DNA of 64,000 bases from Eledone cirrhosa. Its lineage: Eukaryota. A program made the translations under genes and the position numbers. Below the pieces are notes generated by a model. That model saw only the letters and a list, made by a program, of their open reading frames with translations, was not told where the DNA came from and made no database searches. The DNA is taken from positions 85,002,001-85,066,000 of the forward strand of contig OZ024745.1 of assembly GCA_964016885.1 (NCBI GenBank), written 5' to 3'. Positions within the stretch are counted from its first letter, which is position 1. Every line of letters begins with the position of its first letter. Below are positions 1 through 14,920 of this stretch, in pieces.

Positions 1-390
1 GCTGGTGCACCTGAAGCCTGTTATACATTCCTAGAGTGCTCGGAAAAATCAATTTCCATAGCTTTCGTTAGGCGATATCACTCGGAGTGATGGGCTGCCC
101 AAGCTTGTAGTCGCCGCATGCTGTTTGACGGCTAAACAAAGACATAATCTTTACTCTATAATAAAATTTAAGTGCCTTCATAAAGTACTCTTTCTTTGCT
201 TAAAACCTCGCAACCTTAAAAATGTTAAACTATTCAACTTTAAATTTTCTAATTTCTTTAATTTTATAATGTTAATATTAAAGATTAATTTTTTAATTTG
301 TTAACTTCATCCTATAAGTCTAAACAAAAATGTAACGTTCCAATCTTCTGCTCACACATTATAACACACTGACCCCCTCTATATTTACCT

Positions 391-879
391 CTGCTAAGAT
401 ACGGGTCCCTTTGAAAATATATTTTCGCGCCTTTCCTGGCCTGACTGTAGTCTGACATTAATATCGGCCTTTCTTCCTCTTTCTTTCTATCTTTCTTCTT
501 GTAGCCATCAACCCTGACTTTTCTTATTCTTCCTTTTCTGCCTTCTCTTCTCCCTTCTTTCTGTCTTTCTCCTGGTGGCATGATATTAACGTTGACTTAT
601 CTTCCTTCCCCTCTATGTTTGCCTATATTTGACCGGTAGTAGTTGTTAAGATACAGGTCCCTGAGAATAAAAAATATTTCCGCGACATTCCTGGCCTGAC
701 TGTAATACCGACCTTTCCTCCTCTTTCTTTCTGTCTTTCTTCTTATAGCTGACATTAACCCTGGCTTTTCTTCTTCCTTCCCCCTTCTTCTTTCTTTCTT
801 TCTTTTTTCTTGTGGCATGATATTAACGCTGACTTATGTTCCTAACCCTTTCTGTTTTCCTTTATTTGACCGGTAGTAG
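391..879. repeat. Diverged tandem duplication (~245-bp unit, pyrimidine-rich), probably the 3' UTR of a repeat element whose HHR is at 1010
   Basis: 391-641 and 642-879 share taagatac.ggtccct, ttcctggcctgactgta, gtggcatgatattaacg.tgacttat and tatttgaccggtagtag. Confidence 0.8.
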
Positions 880-1009
880 CACACTGTAAGCTTTAGCCAC
901 GTTACTCGAGGGCGACCGGCAAAGGTGGAAGATGCTGGATGGCGGTGGTCCTCGGGTCTTTGATTTTAAGCCCCATGGATTTTATCTATTACATTCACTT
1001 ATATTTCGA

Positions 1010-1067
1010 ATACCTGATGATATCATCGGATTCATACGGAACCCGGTCATTGAAATGATCATAGTAT
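1010..1067 (+). ncRNA. Type I hammerhead ribozyme (predicted)
   Basis: atac-CTGATGA-(t atcatcgg...ccggtcat t)-GAAA-tgatca-TA-gtat; stem I atac/gtat; palindromic stem III. Confidence 0.75.
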
Positions 1068-1261
1068 AATAAACCTTTCAAAGATTTACACAAGTCCAGC
1101 CTCCTGTCATTTCATTATAATATTTAACTCCGTACTAGCACCACCAACTACAAAAACAAAGACAGTTGAACTGCTTTACGTTGAGTACTCTCCATATTAT
1201 TACATTGAGATTGACCATACGGAATTGAACAGCTCTATCCACTGGTGATCCTCAAACCTGA

Positions 1262-1337
<76 letters not shown>

Positions 1338-1404
1338 ATATATATATGTATATATATATATATGTGTGTATATATATATGTATATATATATATATGTGTA
1401 TATA

Positions 1405-1491
<87 letters not shown>

Positions 1492-1764
1492 TTTATAATT
1501 ATCTCCAAATTATTTGTCGAGCAATATTGGCCATGACTGCTGCTATGGTAGTAGGCAGGCCGCTGTCTTATTAGCAAACCACTTTCCACTGATTGACCTC
1601 GATGTCACGTGATTGATTCTTTTTGAATTTGCCACAGGCGCAGAGGCAGTGATTTTCTCAATGGCTAGGAATTCAGTCCACGCTTTGCTATTTCCTATTC
1701 ACTGAATTATTTTTTAATAAGTTTCCAGAGTCTTCGCTTTTCCTGGAAACTTAGATGAGAATAG

Positions 1765-1846
1765 ACTTCCCTGACGACGGAATGTTTCTCCATATCTTCT
1801 TCGGAAAATATATTTACTCCATTCCAGAAACTAATTAGTTGGAAGT
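1765..1846 (+). ncRNA. Type I hammerhead ribozyme with extended stem II (predicted)
   Basis: acttcc-CTGACGA-c ggaatg...cattcc a-GAAA-ctaattag-TT-ggaagt; 6-bp stem I; palindromic stem III. Confidence 0.8.
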
Positions 1847-1916
1847 GATATTTTAGTAAGTAAGTTAATTTTATAATTTTCTTATTTTACGTCTCTCATA
1901 TATATATATATGTATA

Positions 1917-1957
<41 letters not shown>

Positions 1958-1960
1958 TAT

Positions 1961-2680
1961 ACATTATGAAGAGAGAAGAAACATTTAGATATAATTAGTA
2001 ATAAAATGTATCATACCTAAACTGCGGATGCATTCATGTATATATGTGTGTGTCCGCATGTATCTGTGTGTTTCTAATTATATTGTTAATAACTCCCTCT
2101 GGTCGAGCAATCTTTGAAGTGTGGGGACAGCTGGAAGGCTTCCATTACTCATACTTCTCGCCTTCTTCACCACCTCTTCTACGGCCTCGATATAAATATC
2201 TCCTCCGCCTCCGTGGTATTTTCTTCGGGGTTATAAGAGGCTTAGCTCTGTTTCTCGACCGTTATATCGCGTGACTATCTCCCCCTCCGCCTTTTGGGAT
2301 TCTTTCTCACGTCGTGTAGACGCGTTCTTGAGACTAGTAAAATGAGGTATCCTCTTGATAAGTCGGCAGACCTCGCAGGGACTCTATGTCTTTATGATAT
2401 ATTGTTTTTGTTTATGCCACGAAACTACGTAGTCGAGGAATTTAGGAGCAGTTTAGGTATGATACATTTTATTACTAATTATATCTAAATGTTTCTTCTC
2501 TCTTCATAATGTATTTTTAACTCTGATACTGGTTCAGTCTAGTTCAACTGAATTGGTCTGTCCCAGTCATTCATTGAGCAACATCGGTGAAGTTGGCACC
2601 CTTAACTCACAGTTGGGTGCGGATGCATTCATGTATATATGTGTGTGTCCGCATGTATCTGTGTGTTTCTAATTATATTG

Positions 2681-2682
<2 letters not shown>
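1961..2682 (+). mobile_element. Non-autonomous PLE-derived / retrozyme-like element: 595-bp monomer plus start of a second monomer, with a 65-bp inverted 5' segment
   Basis: 2023-2088 is repeated directly at 2618-2682; 1961-2025 is the reverse complement of 2447-2511; contains HHR 2350-2439; flanked by (TA)n. Confidence 0.7.
2350..2439 (+). ncRNA. Type I hammerhead ribozyme, U3-A8 core variant (predicted)
   Basis: tcctc-TTGATAA-gt(c)ggca...tgccac-GAAA-ctacgtag-TC-gagga. Confidence 0.75.
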
Positions 2683-2722
<40 letters not shown>

Positions 2723-2747
2723 ATATATATATGTATATATAAGTATG

Positions 2748-2806
<59 letters not shown>

Positions 2807-2815
2807 GTGTATATA

Positions 2816-2872
<57 letters not shown>

Positions 2873-2900
2873 GTATATATATATGTATATATTATATATG

Positions 2901-2933
<33 letters not shown>

Positions 2934-2946
2934 GTATATATATATG

Positions 2947-2999
<53 letters not shown>

Positions 3000-3008
3000 G
3001 TATATATA

Positions 3009-3061
3009 GAGCTTCCTGAAGATTTCATCTGAATGAAACAGTACTAGTCCTGTAGAAGCTC
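3009..3061 (+). ncRNA. Type I hammerhead ribozyme, family D variant (predicted)
   Basis: gagcttc-CTGAAGA-tttcatctgaat-GAAA-cagtactagtcctg-TA-gaagctc; 7-bp stem I. Confidence 0.8.
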
Positions 3062-3081
3062 CTTCTATACAATAAATATGT

Positions 3082-3147
<66 letters not shown>

Positions 3148-3232
3148 TATATATGTATGTATATATATATATATGTATGTTTATATATATATATATATGT
3201 ACATATATATATATATATATGTATATATATAC

Positions 3233-3283
3233 AGATTCCTGATGATTTCTAAAGAATGAAACAGTTCTAGTCCTGTAGAATCT
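3233..3283 (+). ncRNA. Type I hammerhead ribozyme, family D (predicted)
   Basis: agattc-CTGATGA-tttctaaagaat-GAAA-cagttctagtcctg-TA-gaatct; identical copy at 60587-60637. Confidence 0.8.
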
Positions 3284-3313
3284 CATCTATATTAAAACTA
3301 TATATATATATAA

Positions 3314-3370
<57 letters not shown>

Positions 3371-3380
3371 TGTATATATA

Positions 3381-3588
<208 letters not shown>

Positions 3589-3589
3589 C

Positions 3590-3763
<174 letters not shown>

Positions 3764-3789
3764 GCATATATATATATATGTATTTAATT

Positions 3790-3931
<142 letters not shown>

Positions 3932-4136
3932 TCATATATATATATATGTATATGCATATATATATATATGTATATATATATATGTATATATATATATGTA
4001 TATATATATATGTATATATATATATATGTATATATAGGGTTGAAAGACCACGTTTGTTTGAAAAATTTAAGCATGAAGCAGACAAAATGATAAAATAAAA
4101 TAAAATTATATTATACAAACCGCCTCAATAACAATG

Positions 4137-4209
<73 letters not shown>

Positions 4210-4273
4210 GTCTATATATGTATGTATATATATATATATGTATATATATATATGTATATAAATATGTATATAT

Positions 4274-4425
<152 letters not shown>

Positions 4426-4430
4426 GTATA

Positions 4431-4724
4431 TGTAGGAGGTGAGTTTTATTGTAGTACAATAAAGCAATGCAGATATCGGATAAGAAGCACTCTACAGTTT
4501 GTGGGACTGGAGTATGCATAATATAAGATCAAAAGATGGTTAAAGGAGTTCAATATGTTGATTTAAAACTGCACTATCAACAAGTGTTTTTTTAGCCTTC
4601 ATATCATGTTCTCCTGTTTTATCTGATGAAAACACAAATATTATTGTTTGATGATGTTTGTTTTTGAAATGCGCATAATAAAATATATTGAACTCCTTTA
4701 ACCATCTTTTGATCTTATATTATG
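4431..4724 (+). mobile_element. Small HHR-bearing fold-back element, family F (same family as 46324-46817)
   Basis: 4517-4556 is inverted relative to 4685-4724; ~86-bp tail on the left arm; HHR at 4617-4683. Confidence 0.75.
4617..4683 (+). ncRNA. Type I hammerhead ribozyme, family F (predicted)
   Basis: ttttat-CTGATGA-aaacacaaatattat...atgatgtttgttttt-GAAA-tgcgca-TA-ataaaa; copies at 46622-46688 (+) and 46364-46429 (-). Confidence 0.8.
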
Positions 4725-4764
4725 TATATGTATATATATATATATGTGTATATATATATATATG

Positions 4765-4961
<197 letters not shown>

Positions 4962-4978
4962 GCATATATATATATATG

Positions 4979-5042
<64 letters not shown>

Positions 5043-5237
5043 GATAAATCTACCAAGAGTTTACGGTAGTGTCCAATCCGTATGAAGAACTCAATGTATT
5101 CCGGATATCATGGAAAGAAGAGATGTAATGAAAAATCACTTTCGGTGAAAGATAAACGGAATACAGAGTCAAGATAAAATATTAAACAAATAATGAATAA
5201 AACAATGAAACAGTTCCTTATATTAAACAAAAAAAGA

Positions 5238-5390
5238 TCATTATTTAACGATCGTTTCTGGGTTATATATGTGTTAGAATTGGCATGCATATTCAACAGA
5301 TCTATGTACAAAATTATACAAAATTATACAAACTATCAAGATTAAATATACATACCAAACACACATATATGCCGTCTTCAGAAATAATGA
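5238..5390 (-). ncRNA. Hammerhead ribozyme family A, copy in the inverted arm (predicted)
   Basis: Mirror of 13518-13670. Confidence 0.7.
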
Positions 5391-6001
5391 AATATATTTA
5401 TTGATAATAACAACGATTCAAAATTTCAGGTCCGTTTGGGAACGGAGTTCAAAATTGACCAATGAAAATACAAAAAGTTTTATGCAGTTTGGTGTGTGTA
5501 TATACATGTAACTAACCCCGTACACATATTTATACAAAGATATATGCTCAACATGCATACGCATGCCAAAAAGATGTATGCAAATACAAAAAATTTAAGG
5601 CTAATGTCTCTGTAAGTTTATAATCCACAGATAAAATGCGTATAGACACATAAATATGAAATAAGTGTATACACATATTCTCATATTCACACACATCCAT
5701 ACACTCACACACACGCGCGCGTATATGCATAAACATACACATAATTACGAACATACACACACACACACACCCCACACACATATATATGTGGATATAATAT
5801 TATCATAAGCACATGGATATTAATTCACTCACATAAACACTGCCACACACATTTAGATCAAGATACAGAAATTAGGTGGGAGGGGGGGAGAGGTCAGTAT
5901 TCAACTGTTTGGGCAGACTGCTTATTTATAGATGTATCTATAAACTTCGAAATAAAAAGAAAAGAAAAGAAAAAGAAAAAAGAAAAAAGAAATATATCAA
6001 G

Positions 6002-6049
<48 letters not shown>

Positions 6050-6531
6050 TACACACATCTACACATACAACACACACACACACACATATATAAACATATA
6101 CATATATATATATACACACATATACACACATACATATATATATATATACATATACACACATATATACACATATATACACACACACATATATAGACACGCA
6201 TATATATACACATACACGCACAAATACATACACATACATACTTATATACATACAGACATACACGTACATACATATATATACGCACATATACATACAGACA
6301 TACATACATACATACACACATACACACATACATACACACATACATACTCATACATAGATATATATTCACCCACACATACGTACTTATATATACGCATATA
6401 TACAAATACTTACGCATCCATATATCGGTATATACATACAAAACACCACTACACTCTCACACAACTCAGACATACAAAGAAAAAGGTATATACATATACA
6501 CATATACACATACAAATAGAGATACATATAC

Positions 6532-6564
<33 letters not shown>

Positions 6565-7979
6565 CACATACATATATACAAATACACACGCATCCATATA
6601 TGCGTATATACATATAAACACCACTACACTCTCACACAACTCAGACATACAAAGAAAAAGGTATATACATATACATATATACACACATTAATAGAGATAC
6701 ATATACACATATATATATATACACATATATTTATATATATACCCACACACTCATACAACCATAAACACACATACAAACACATACATACACACATATATAT
6801 ACATATATACACACACACACAAAAACACGCATACACATATATATTTTTACACATACATATACATATATATACACATACACACCTTCACATATATACATAT
6901 ACACATAAGTTATATTATAATAATAAATAATATATATATATACACATACGAATATATATATACACACATAGATATACATATTTATATACACACACACACA
7001 CACTCACATATATATGTGCGCACACGTACATATATACACATACACACATATACACATAAACATATACATGTGCATACATGTACATACACACATATATACC
7101 CACATAGATACGAAGATAGACATATATATAGAGAGACATACATATACATACACATATATACATACACATACATACACACATATATATATATATATACACA
7201 CACATACACGCCCACACATATATACACATATACACACATACATATATATATATATACACATATATATACACATGCATATATACACATATATATATATACA
7301 TATATATATACACACAATCATACATTCTTATTTGCATGCGCATATATGTATTTTTATACTCAGATATAAACACCCAAACATATATACACCTACCTACATA
7401 TATATTCTTACATACACGCTTACAAACACAGATGATAATAGTATGGGGGAAAGGGGGTGGTGGAGAAGGGGATTATAGTAAATATATGTTTCAAGAAACA
7501 TAGAATATTAATCTGTATTTGGATCTCAATATATGTTTTTACATAGTTTCAGTGTTAGGAAATGCAAGAAATAAGGCAAAATTATGCATTTCAAAATAAG
7601 TATATCATTAATTATATGTTAACTAAACTAAAGAAAGTTAACATATTGATTTCTAAGGTGTAAATTAGTTAGGTTTATAATATTTGAAGCAGAATTTTGA
7701 AGTTAAATAGTAGTAGAGTATTAATTATAGTATAACTAAATTAAAGTTATTAACGTTATGGTATCAATATTAGGAAATGAATTTAGTAATAGGGAAAAAA
7801 CAAATAAAGTATTACATCGGTAGTAGAATATAAATTATAGGTTAACTAAATTAAAAATTATATATTAATTTCTATAGTATATGTTAATTAGGTATATAAT
7901 AAATAAAACAGATATTGTATTTTATCAATAGCAGAATATAATTATATGCAAATAGAAATCAAAATTAATACATATACAT

Positions 7980-8022
<43 letters not shown>

Positions 8023-8498
8023 TACATACATACACATACATATACATACATACATATACATATTTTTTCAAAAATTGCAAAGAATATATTAACTAGGTAT
8101 ACATCCAAAACACATCCCATTCTATGATTACATGACACTCTGCAATCCGTCTGTATTAGGATACTAATTTTAAGCCAATTAAATTAAATTTTTAGGTTGA
8201 CTAAATTTAAAACCAAATTATAAATATATTTCTAAAATGTATATTAATTAGGTCTATAATACTAAAAATTATTTCTCTGTCATTGGATACACGATATTTT
8301 GTTATATTTTATCTGTAAAGGAATTTTAATAAAGGGTTAAATAAATTAAAATTAATCTATAAATTAAATTACTAAGTATATATTAGTAATATTTAAAGGT
8401 TTTTCACAATTTATGATTACACAATATTTTATATTCTCATCTGTAGTAGAATTTTAATTAAATTAAATTTATAGGTTAACTAACATTTAAATTAAATA

Positions 8499-10362
8499 AG
8501 ACTTATATGTCCCTCCAAATCAGATATTGGAATAATTAGCAAAAAAATTTTGGATAGAGTCATCCCACAAATAAGAAAACACGTTATTTTACCACTCTGG
8601 GAAAACACCTCCCAGGTAATTAACTGGTTTAAAAATATTAGATGTAAATCTTCTGCTTCATTTCTACAATTTGATATAGATAATTACTATTCTTCTATAT
8701 CACCTATATTCCTGAACAAAGCATTGATATTTGCTAAAAATAGATCTAACTTAACTTTGGATGACATTAATATTATTACACATGCTAGACTAACACTTAT
8801 TGAATTTCAGAATGAATACTGGACCAGAAACACATATAGTAATCTATTTGATATTACTATGGGTTCAAGCGATTCCGCCCAAATTACTGATCTTGTGGGC
8901 CTCTTTCTCCTTTTCAACATAAATGCCTCCTTTCCCCACCTTAAAGGTGGTTTATATCGTGATGACTGTCTTCTTCTTTCTAACAACCTTAGCCTTTCAG
9001 AAATAGAAAAAAACAAAAAACATATTAGAACTTTCCTTAAAGACTATTATAATCTTCATATTACTTTTGAAAAAACAAGTAAAGTAGTAAATTTCCTAGA
9101 TATAACTTTAGATTTAGCTACGGGTATCTACCAACCTTACCATAAACCAAACCAAAACTTACATTACATACACTCACAATCTAATCACCCTAAATCTATC
9201 CTTAAAAACCTTGCATATAATATATCACTTAGAATTTCTAACCTTTCTTCTAACCAAGATGTATTTGATAAAAATGCGACCTTCTATAACGAAGCTCTAG
9301 ATAGAAGTGGCCACAAAAATAGATTAGAATATATACCTTCTACTAAAAATACTAAAAGCATACAACCTAATATTACCAACAAACACCAAATGAAAAGTAC
9401 ACACCTAAATGCCACCCACACTATACCCCAAAATACCAAATTTTCTAATATAAAATATAGTAACTCTCAAAAAACTACTCATCATACGACTCTAATAAAT
9501 ATTAATAATAAAACTCCTAATAAAAAAGATAAAACACCTAAATCTACAAATATAACTAAAAATGGTTGTGGTGAGATCATTAACATTAATCCTCCTAGTA
9601 AACATCACGATAAAACCTATAAAAATAATAAAAATAATAAACAACATAGAAACCGTAATAGACGGGTTACTTGGTATAATGCTCCATTTAATTTACAAAT
9701 TAAGGATAATATTGCTAAAAAATTTTTTTATATCCTAGAGAAAAACTTCCCGCCAAACCACAAATACCATCAAATCTTAAATAGGTCTACAGTTAAATTC
9801 TCATACTCAACAACAAATAACATAAAACAAAATATAAGTGCCTATAATGCATATAAATGTAAGAAAACCATAAGTATACCACCAATACATCAAATTAACC
9901 ATAATATCTCCTCAAATACAGAATTAACGAAAGGTTGTAACTGTAGAAACAAAGCAAACTGCCCATTAAAAGGGAATTGTCTTGTTAACAACATAGTCTA
10001 TAAATGTAATGTTAAAACTAAAGATTCTATTTGCTCATATATAGGAGCTACTTCTAACAATTTTAAGACAAGGTTTAATACCCACAAGAATAGTTTTAAA
10101 AATGCCGCACTGGCTAATACAACATCTCTAGCAGAAAAAAATCAATAGTTATAAAAATAAGAATATAGAATATGATTTGACCTGGAGTGTGCTCAAAAGA
10201 GCCACCCCTTATCAAAATAATAGAAATGAATGTAGATTATGTTCCCAAGAACTATTTGAAATAATGAAATCTAAGGATATCCTATTAAATAAACGACAGG
10301 AATTAATTATATCGTGTAATCATAAACTAAAAAAAACATTTAAATATTATAAACCTAATTAA
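8499..10362 (+). pseudogene. PLE reverse transcriptase + GIY-YIG endonuclease, 5'-truncated, one frameshift in an A-run near 10140
   Basis: RLICPSKSDIG, QFDIDNYYSSI, DITMGSSDSAQITDLVG, GGLYRDD, VNFLDITL, YHKP, SNHP, CNCRNKANCPLKGNC, VYKC...YIGAT, C-terminal CRLC...LLNKR...CNHK. Confidence 0.92.
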
Positions 10363-10864
10363 TAACATTATTTTAGAAATTAATATATAATTTAATTTAA
10401 ATGTTAGTTAACCTATAAATTTAATTTAATTAAAATTCTACTACAGATGAGAATATAAAATATTGTGTAATCATAAATTGTGAAAAACCTTTAAATATTA
10501 CTAATATATACTTAGTAATTTAATTTATAGATTAATTTTAATTTATTTAACCCTTTATTAAAATTCCTTTACAGATAAAATATAACAAAATATCGTGTAT
10601 CCAATGACAGAGAAATAATTTTTAGTATTATAGACCTAATTAATATACATTTTAGAAATATATTTATAATTTGGTTTTAAATTTAGTCAACCTAAAAATT
10701 TAATTTAATTGGCTTAAAATTAGTATCCTAATACAGACGGATTGCAGAGTGTCATGTAATCATAGAATGGGATGTGTTTTGGATGTATACCTAGTTAATA
10801 TATTCTTTGCAATTTTTGAAAAAATATGTATATGTATGTATGTATATGTATGTGTATGTATGTA

Positions 10865-10907
<43 letters not shown>

Positions 10908-12334
10908 ATGTATATGTATTAATTTTGATTTCTATTTGCATATAATTATATTCTGCTATTGATAAAATACAATATCTGTTTTATTTATTATATACCTAAT
11001 TAACATATACTATAGAAATTAATATATAATTTTTAATTTAGTTAACCTATAATTTATATTCTACTACCGATGTAATACTTTATTTGTTTTTTCCCTATTA
11101 CTAAATTCATTTCCTAATATTGATACCATAACGTTAATAACTTTAATTTAGTTATACTATAATTAATACTCTACTACTATTTAACTTCAAAATTCTGCTT
11201 CAAATATTATAAACCTAACTAATTTACACCTTAGAAATCAATATGTTAACTTTCTTTAGTTTAGTTAACATATAATTAATGATATACTTATTTTGAAATG
11301 CATAATTTTGCCTTATTTCTTGCATTTCCTAACACTGAAACTATGTAAAAACATATATTGAGATCCAAATACAGATTAATATTCTATGTTTCTTGAAACA
11401 TATATTTACTATAATCCCTTTCTCCACCCCCCCCCCTTTCCCCCATACTATTATCATCTGTGTTTGTAAGCGTGTATGTAAGAATATATATGTAGGTAGG
11501 TGTATATATGTTTGGGTGTTTATATCTGAGTATAAAAATACATATATGCGCATGCAAATAAGAATGTATGATTGTGTGTATATATATATGTATATATATA
11601 TATGTGTATATATGCATGTGTATATATATGTGTATATATATGTATATGTATGTGTGTATATGTGTATATATGTGTGGGCGTGTATGTGTGTGTATATATA
11701 TATATATATGTGTGTATGTATGTGTATGTATATATGTGTATGTATATGTATGTCTCTCTATATATATGTCTATCTTCGTATCTATGTGGGTATATATGTG
11801 TGTATGTACATGTATGCACATGTATATGTTTATGTGTATATGTGTGTATGTGTATATATGTACGTGTGCGCACATATATATGTGAGTGTGTGTGTGTGTG
11901 TGTATATATAAATATGTATATCTATGTGTGTATATATATATTCGTATGTGTATATATATATATTATTTATTATTATAATATAACTTATGTGTATATGTAT
12001 ATATGTGAAGGTGTGTATGTGTATATATATGTATATGTATGTGTAAAAATATATATGTGTATGCGTGTTTTTGTGTGTGTGTATATATATGTATATATAT
12101 GTGTGTATGTATGTGTTTGTATGTGTGTTTATGGTTGTATGAGTGTGTGGGTATATATATAAATATATGTGTATATATATATATATATATGTGTATATGT
12201 ATCTCTATTAATGTGTGTATATATGTATATGTATATACCTTTTTCTTTGTATGTCTGAGTTGTGTGAGAGTGTAGTGGTGTTTATATGTATATACGCATA
12301 TATGGATGCGTGTGTAGTTGTATATATGTATGTG

Positions 12335-12367
<33 letters not shown>

Positions 12368-12851
12368 GTATATGTATCTCTATTTGTATGTGTATATGTG
12401 TATATGTATATACCTTTTTCTTTGTATGTCTGAGTTGTGTGAGAGTGTAGTGGTGTTTTGTATGTATATACCGATATATGGATGCGTAAGTATTTGTATA
12501 TATGCGTATATATAAGTACGTATGTGTGGGTGAATATATATCTATGTATGAGTATGTATGTGTGTGTATGTATGTGTGTATGTGTGTATGTATGTATGTA
12601 TGTCTGTATGTATATGTGTGTATATATATGTATGTACGTGTATGTCTGTATGTATATAAGTATGTATGTGTATGTATTTGTGCGTGTATGTGTATATATA
12701 TGCGTGTCTATATATGTGTGTGTGTATATATGTGTATATATGTGTGTATATGTATATATATATATATGTATGTGTGTATATGTGTGTATATATATATATG
12801 TATATGTTTATATATGTGTGTGTGTGTGTGTTGTATGTGTAGATGTGTGTA

Positions 12852-12907
<56 letters not shown>

Positions 12908-13517
12908 CTTGATATATTTCTTTTTTCTTTTTTCTTTTTCTTTTCTTTTCTTTTTATTTCGAAGTTTATAGATACATCTATAAATAAGCAGTCTGCCCAA
13001 ACAGTTGAATACTGACCTCTCCCCCTCCCACCTAATTTCTGTATCTTGATCTAAATGTGTGTGGCAGTGTTTATGTGAGTGAATTAATATCCATGTGCTT
13101 ATGATAATATTATATCCACATATATATGTGTGTGGGTGTGTGTGTGTGTGTGTATGTTCGTAATTATGTGTATGTTTATGCATATACGCGCGCGTGTGTG
13201 TGAGTGTATGGATGTGTGTGAATATGAGAATATGTGTATACACTTATTTCATATTTATGTGTCTATACGCATTTTATCTGTGGATTATAAACTTACAGAG
13301 ACATTAGCCTTAAATTTTTTGTATTTGCATACATCTTTTTGGCATGCGTATGCATGTTGAGCATATATCTTTGTATAAATATGTGTACGGGGTTAGTTAC
13401 ATGTATATACACACACCAAACTCCATAAAACTTTTTGTATTTTCATTGGTCAATTTTGAACTCCGTTCCCAAACGGACCTGAAATTTTGAATCGTTGTTA
13501 TTATCAATAAATATATT

Positions 13518-13670
13518 TCATTATTTCTGAAGACGGCATATATGTGTGTTTGGTATGTATATTTAATCTTGATAGTTTGTATAATTTTGTATAATTTTGT
13601 ACATAGATCTGTTGAATATGCATGCCAATTCTAACACATATATATCCTAGAAACGATCGTTAAATAATGA
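13518..13670 (+). ncRNA. Type I hammerhead ribozyme family A with ~115-nt stem II (predicted)
   Basis: tcattattt-CTGAAGA-[tatatgtgtgtt/aacacatatata; tggtatgtatatttaa/ttgaatatgcatgcca]-GAAA-cgatcg-TT-aaataatga; 9-bp stem I. Confidence 0.75.
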
Positions 13671-13725
13671 ACTTTTTTTGTTTAATATAAGGAACTGTTT
13701 CATTGTTTTATTCATTATTTGTTTA

Positions 13726-13814
<89 letters not shown>

Positions 13815-13851
13815 GTATATGCATATATATATATATGTATATATATATATG

Positions 13852-13896
<45 letters not shown>

Positions 13897-14014
13897 GTAT
13901 ATATATATATGTATATATAGGGTTGAAAGACCACATTTGTTTGAAAAATTTAACCATGAAGCAGACAGAATGATAAAATAAAATTATATTATACAAACCG
14001 CCTCAATAACAATG

Positions 14015-14576
14015 ATATCTCTCGGAGCTTAAGGCAATCCAGCAAAGTTACACCAAGAGGATTGCCAATATGAGGGAGACAAGCTACTCGGAGAAGCTAA
14101 AGGAACTAAACCTCTACTCCTTGGAGCGAAGACGGGATAGTTACGCAGTGATCTACATGTGGAAAATCCTGGAGGGACTAGCACCAAACTTTGGTATCGG
14201 GAGCTGGACCAACCGTCGAACAGGACGTCACTGTGTGGTGCCAAAGGTCCCGTCTTCCACATCTAGAATAAGGAGCAGGTATTGCAATAGCCGGGATTCA
14301 AGGGCCCTCAACTCTTCAACAGGCTGCCGAGGGATCTGAGAGATTTGCATGACGTGGAGGTGAATGTCTTCAAGAAACATCTCGACACCTTGTTATCGAC
14401 GATCCCGGATGAGCCCACAGCAAGACACGAGAGAAACCTAAGGGCAGCAGCAACAAACTCCCTCTTACACCAGTGGCCAACTTATACAGGCTGGAGATAA
14501 AATGTGTAGCAACAAGGGCGGTGCCCCAGCATGGCTTCAGCCGGATGGCTGAATCAGGTAAAAGAGTAAAAGAGTA
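14015..14576 (+). mobile_element. CR1/L2-group LINE 3' fragment (ORF2 C-terminus + 3' UTR)
   Basis: YSEKLKELNLYSLERRR..YMWKILEGLAPN; after a frameshift [28 protein letters not shown]; 3' hairpin ttcagcc/ggctgaa; (GTAAAAGA)2 tail. Confidence 0.85.
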
Positions 14577-14652
14577 TATGTATATATATATATATGTATA
14601 TATGTATATATGTATATATGTATATATATGTATATATATATATATGTATATA

Positions 14653-14759
<107 letters not shown>

Positions 14760-14826
14760 GTATATATATATATATGTCTATATATGTATGTATATATATA
14801 TATATATATATAGATGTCTATATATG

Positions 14827-14919
<93 letters not shown>

Positions 14920-14920
<1 letters not shown>

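Larger units (their letters stand above)
5040..13734 (+). mobile_element. Penelope-like element family A (Naiad-like), 5'-truncated, with a 3.3-kb inverted copy of its 3' UTR/pLTR at the 5' end
   Basis: 5174-8497 is the reverse complement of 10390-13734; RT-GIY-YIG ORF lies between; 134-bp tail at 5040-5173; both ends in (TA)n. Confidence 0.9.

Noticed and set aside
1-310. Possible C-terminal end of a PLE ORF (..KCLHK..) upstream of the 391-1263 UTR
   Set aside because: Too short and degenerate to support a call.
312-818. Lys/Arg/Glu-rich ORFs on the minus strand
   Set aside because: By-product of pyrimidine-rich duplicated sequence.
5077-5160. Second hammerhead in the family A tail (tccgt-ATGAAGA...GAAA-gata-a-acgga)
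   Set aside because: C3 is not matched to G8, there is no proper stem III or NUH spacing, and it is antisense to the element transcript.
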